Source of the DNA: Thermovirgaceae bacterium
GTDB taxonomy: Bacteria > Synergistota > Synergistia > Synergistales > Thermovirgaceae
DNA length: 10,729 bases
Reading direction: 5' to 3'
Assembly (NCBI GenBank): GCA_046542505.1
Contig: JBKHBH010000078.1
Coordinates: forward strand, 1 to 10,729
In this document: positions 7,345-10,729 of the stretch, piece by piece
How the letters are laid out: the number at the start of each line of letters is the position of its first letter
How positions within the stretch are numbered: the stretch's first letter is position 1
Translations under genes and position numbers: made by a program
Notes under the pieces: model-generated
Told to the model about the DNA's origin: nothing
Database searches by the model: none
Seen by the model: only the letters and a program-made list of their open reading frames with translations

Positions 7345-8433
7345 TCAGCGCATTTCAAGCCGCCCGCTCTGATCCAGTCTCTCCAGGGAAAAACCTTCCC
7401 GAAAAACCGATATGCAGGCATCCACGGCGGCAGGGTCGTACAACACGCCCCTGCCGTCTGAGATTTCGTCCAAAGCTTTTTCCAACCCCGGGGCGGCCCT
7501 GTAGGGACGATGGGAGGACATGGCTTCCACCACGTCGGCCACGGCAAGGATCCGGGCTTCAATGAGGACCTCATCCCCATGGAGCCCTCTCGGGTAGCCT
7601 GATCCGTCCATACGTTCATGGTGCTGCCTGACGATCTCGGCGACATCCGCCGGCAGATCTATTTCTTTCAACAGTTTGTATCCCGTTTCGACGTGTCCCT
7701 TTATAAGCCCGAACTCTAGGTCCGTGAGTCTCCCGGGCTTGCTCAGGATCTCCGAGGGAATCTGGATCTTGCCTATATCATGCAGGCATGCCGCGAACCT
7801 CAGGGCGCTCCTCCGGCTGGAGGAAAGCTCCATCCTCAGGGCCATGGCCCGGCAGAGGGCCGCCACCCGCCTGTGATGCCCGGCAATGGAGGGATCCCTT
7901 TTTTCGATGATGGCCGTCACCAGCCGGAGGGTCTGGACCCAGATCCTTCGGATTTTCCTGATGCTTTTCAGCAGTTCCTTTTCAGAAAATTTTCGCTTGG
8001 TGATATCCCTGTAGATCGAATAGGCCGCCTCGACTTCCTCATCAATGACAATGGGAAGGGCCATGACTTCCACGTCGAAAAGCGACCCGTCCCTTCTGAC
8101 CCGTTTTGTCTCGGAAAAAGCCTTCTTTCCCTCCAGGTTCGCCCGTGTAAAGCCCCTGGCCTCTTCGTAATACCTGATACTTGTCAGTTGCGACAAGGCT
8201 GTCCAGGTCCTTGCCGATGACTTCCAGTGCCTCGTAGCCTAACATGCGGTAGAATGTTTCGTTCACCCTGCGGATCCTGCTGTCTTTGTCATAAATCACG
8301 ACCCCTTCAGGGAACTGTTGAAAAGCTCCTCGAAAAAGGCCGATTTCCCTACGGGAATTTCATCGATATCCTCGTGGTCCGGCCATTGCCCACCGATCTC
8401 ACTGATCCTGCCGGCTGCTTCCAATGGGCTCAT
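7345..8433 (-). pseudogene. PAS-domain + HD-GYP cyclic-dinucleotide phosphodiesterase gene disrupted by two frameshifts (HD-GYP domain intact in 7345..8196)
   Basis: HD-GYP motifs 'AGHHRRVA', 'LHDIGK', 'ILSKPGRLT', 'HVETG', 'HHERMDGSGYPRGL', 'VADVVEAM', 'RPYR'. PAS is split over three segments: ATG 8433...'AFFEELFNSS', then another frame '(P)EGVVIYDKDSRIRRVNETFYRMLGY...IGKDLDSLVATDKY', then back to the first frame 'YEEARGF...RRDGSLFDVEV...IYRDITKRK'. In-frame TGA at 8298-8296. Confidence 0.8.
8170..8183. repeat. Imperfect 7-bp tandem duplication ATACCTG/ATACTTG at the second frameshift
   Basis: + strand 8170-8176 atacctg and 8177-8183 atacttg (6/7 identical); removing one unit joins 'VATDKY' to 'YEEA' in frame. 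Confidence 0.7.
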
Positions 8434-8492
8434 CCTTTCCTGTGTACATGTTTTTATACAAAACCGGACGTCAAAATTCTGAAATTTTTTAC

Positions 8493-8539
8493 AAAAAAGT
8501 CCAGCAGGGATCCGATCCGGCCGGCAGTCCCATCAGGAC
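8493..8539 (-). terminator. Possible imperfect intrinsic terminator at the end of the AOR-family gene
   Basis: Minus strand reads GTCC-TGAT-GGGA...TCCC-TGCT-GGAC-TTTTTT: an interrupted hairpin overlapping the stop codon, followed by U6. Confidence 0.35.
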
Positions 8540-10290
8540 GTTTCCGATTGTCCGTTTTCGATTCCTGCATACTCGAGGAAAAGCTCCAGACGGCTCTTCA
8601 TCCGCTCGCGTTCAACGAACCCTGTGCTTGACCTGACACGAAACATCTTTTCGGGAACGGCGATGTCCTTCGGATCAAAGCCACAGGCTCTCTTCCACCG
8701 GTACTTGGCCCGGAACCTTTCTGCGCCGAACCGCTTGAGACGCTCCATATCCCAGTCAAGGCCCAGGGCCGACAATCCCTGAAAGATAATCTCCCCGTCG
8801 TAGACACCTCTTCCGAAGAGGCAGATCACCAGTGAATTCAGGACCATTCTCCATTGCGCCTCTTCGACCTGAAGCCGTACCTGCTCCTCGAGGGACATGT
8901 CCTTTTTGAGAAGCTTCTGGTCGATTCCGTAGCCCGAGTCATCGAGGTGGGAATGCCGGATCCCGGCGATCCAGGTCATGATCGCGTTTTCCCCTGTGAG
9001 ATACCCCGCCGGCTCAAGACCGCCGTAGTGCATGGCATAATCCTTCCCGCCGTACCTTTCGGCACAAAAGGCCGTGCCCCGTTCGAGGTCTCTGTAAAAC
9101 CCGCCGCTGCCGGAGGCAATCCTCCTGAGCATCTCAAGGTACGTGTCGGTGTCCCCGAAGGAGAGGCACAAGCCGCCCGTCTCATTTTCGTCTACCGCCC
9201 CCGAGAGGAAGGCCTCCGTCGCCCAGGCGAGGGTGTTGCCCATGCTCATCACGTCCCAGCCCTGCTTTTCGATGAAAACAAGCACGCGGAGTATGTCCCT
9301 CGTGGAGGACAGGCTCAACTGGGACCCGACTGCGAAAATGGGTTCATAATCGTAAGAAACCCGTGACGTGCTGTAGTGTGCCGGTGCGAACTCCTCCCGG
9401 AGCTCGGCGATCTGAATGCACCCGCAGGGGCAGTGGGCGCAGGCAATATGCTGAACGTTGACTTCCTCGAGAAAGGCCTCTCCGGAAATGTCAGGAGCGC
9501 TTTCGAAGATCCCCTGGGAGAAGTTCCGCGTGGGAAGACCACGAATGGCGTTCAGTGCAAGGACATTGGCCGGCGTCCCGAGATTGTGGTATTTTTTCAT
9601 CTCGTCGGAATTGACGACCCTGTCATACAGGATATCGTATACCTCCTTGTACCCCTTCGGATCTTCAATGGAAACCGCACCCTTGCCGCTCACGACGACG
9701 GCCTTGAGTTTTTTCGACCCCATCAGGGCGCCCAGGCCGAGCCGGCCGAAATGCCTGGAGCTGTCAACGGTGGCGCAAGCCATGGGCGAAAGCCTTTCGC
9801 CCGCGGGTCCGATCCTCACGATGGACATCTGTCTGGTCGAGTGTTCTTCGGCCTGCTGAAGGATCCGCTCAGTGGCGGGGGCCGACTGCCCCCAAAAGGT
9901 CGCCGCCGAACGAACGGCCGCCTCGCGGCCGTCCACGGCAAGATACACCGGCCTTTCGGCCGCACCGGTGATAACCATGGCATCGATGCCCGCTTCTCTC
10001 ATGGCCGCCGCCAGACGGCCGCCCGCATGAGACTCACCTAGCTCTCCCGTCAAGGGCGACCGGAAAGAGGCGACGGTCTTCGTCGCAACGGGGTAAAGGG
10101 CGCTGAAAGGCCCTATCGCAAAAATGATCGGTGCCTCGGGGGCCAGGGGATCCCCCTCTGTGTACCCGTGACGGGCCAGAAGCTCCGTCGCCACACCCGT
10201 GCCCCCAAGGAAATCTGCGAAAAGAGCCTCGTCGTTTTCGATCCGGCTGGAACCGGTGGTCAAATCCACGTAAAGGATTCTACCCTGCAT
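8533..10290 (-). CDS. Aldehyde:ferredoxin oxidoreductase (AOR/WOR tungstopterin) family large subunit (585 aa)
   Basis: 'GRILYVDLT', 'FLGGTG', 'SPLTG.LGESHAGG', 'IGPAGE', 'GRLGLGALMGSKKLKAV', Fe-S motif 'CAHCPCGC' with fourth Cys in 'NSLVICLF', 'DYE'. ATG at 10290 is 6 nt after GGAGGTG, a better start than GTG 10299. Confidence 0.93.
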   Translation of the reverse strand: MQGRILYVDLTTGSSRIENDEALFADFLGGTGVATELLARHGYTEGDPLAPEAPIIFAIGPFSALYPVATKTVASFRSPLTGELGESHAGGRLAAAMREAGIDAMVITGAAERPVYLAVDGREAAVRSAATFWGQSAPATERILQQAEEHSTRQMSIVRIGPAGERLSPMACATVDSSRHFGRLGLGALMGSKKLKAVVVSGKGAVSIEDPKGYKEVYDILYDRVVNSDEMKKYHNLGTPANVLALNAIRGLPTRNFSQGIFESAPDISGEAFLEEVNVQHIACAHCPCGCIQIAELREEFAPAHYSTSRVSYDYEPIFAVGSQLSLSSTRDILRVLVFIEKQGWDVMSMGNTLAWATEAFLSGAVDENETGGLCLSFGDTDTYLEMLRRIASGSGGFYRDLERGTAFCAERYGGKDYAMHYGGLEPAGYLTGENAIMTWIAGIRHSHLDDSGYGIDQKLLKKDMSLEEQVRLQVEEAQWRMVLNSLVICLFGRGVYDGEIIFQGLSALGLDWDMERLKRFGAERFRAKYRWKRACGFDPKDIAVPEKMFRVRSSTGFVERERMKSRLELFLEYAGIENGQSETS

Positions 10291-10717
10291 GTTCGCCACC
10301 TCCCCCGGGTTTACGCTCTACCATGGCGATGACTTCGTTCGGGCAGTACCGGACACATTGTCCGCAGTGAATACAGGGAATCGGGAACCCTTCTTCCTCG
10401 TCCCACTGCAGGGCGGCGATGGTACAGGCCTCCACACAGGCACCGCAGGACGTGCATTTGTCTTTATCGAGTCTGACGCCTCCTCCCGGGGCAACCGTCA
10501 AGGCTCCCGTCGGGCAGGCGGAAGCGCAGTCGGGATCTTCACAGCGCATGCAGACCCTGATGGAAAATATCCCTTCCGTTCCCGCATAGGGGCGCACGCG
10601 CATGGCCGACTTTCCTGTTCCACCAAGGTTTTTGAGCCGCCTGCTGCAGGCGTACATGCAGCTCAGGCAACCCAGGCACCTGTCCCTGTTGATGACCTGA
10701 AGCATCTTGACTCCCAT
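10280..10717 (-). CDS. Polyferredoxin (4x[4Fe-4S], 16 Cys), probable electron-transfer small subunit of the AOR-family enzyme
   Basis: Four Cys groups: CLGCLSCMYAC, CMRCEDPDCASACP, CTSCGACVEAC, CIHCGQCVRYCP. GGGAGG RBS before ATG 10717. 3' end overlaps the start of the large-subunit gene by 11 nt. Confidence 0.92.
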   Translation of the reverse strand: MGVKMLQVINRDRCLGCLSCMYACSRRLKNLGGTGKSAMRVRPYAGTEGIFSIRVCMRCEDPDCASACPTGALTVAPGGGVRLDKDKCTSCGACVEACTIAALQWDEEEGFPIPCIHCGQCVRYCPNEVIAMVERKPGGGGEHAG

Positions 10718-10729
10718 GGTATCCCTCCC

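Noticed and set aside
7140..7646. Poly-proline minus-strand ORF
   Set aside because: Reverse complement of the poly-Gly tail plus an off-frame read of the HD-GYP gene.
8296..8315. Programmed ribosomal frameshift or phase-variable tract in the PAS region
   Set aside because: The C3 run is too short for phase variation, there is no canonical slippery heptamer, and two successive recoding events would be needed.
8227..8631. 134-aa plus-strand ORF
   Set aside because: Spans antisense of two genes and the intergenic region; no protein-like features.
8854..10041. Plus-strand ORFs of 170 and 221 aa
   Set aside because: Antisense shadows of the AOR-family gene.

Overview
GC-rich bacterial chromosomal window, mostly housekeeping and metabolic genes; the gene content suggests an anaerobe (a Synergistota- or Firmicutes-like assignment is only an impression). 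Plus strand: 3' part of an AddA/UvrD-type helicase-nuclease whose nuclease domain has a 4-Cys Fe-S signature; a small RemB/DUF370-like gene coupled to gyrB; an intrinsic terminator; a DUF89 (ARMT1-like) phosphatase; and a LemA + DUF2207 membrane-protein pair. Minus strand: a 16-Cys polyferredoxin plus an aldehyde:ferredoxin oxidoreductase (AOR/WOR) family large subunit, then a PAS + HD-GYP gene broken by two net-compensating frameshifts. I saw no RNA genes, CRISPR arrays or mobile elements and cannot claim a wholly new system. Best leads: the double-frameshifted PAS/HD-GYP gene, the two-subunit WOR with a divergent pterin motif (possibly GOR/XOR-type), the Fe-S-bearing helicase-nuclease, and the remB-like/gyrB unit with a palindrome at its predicted transcription start.
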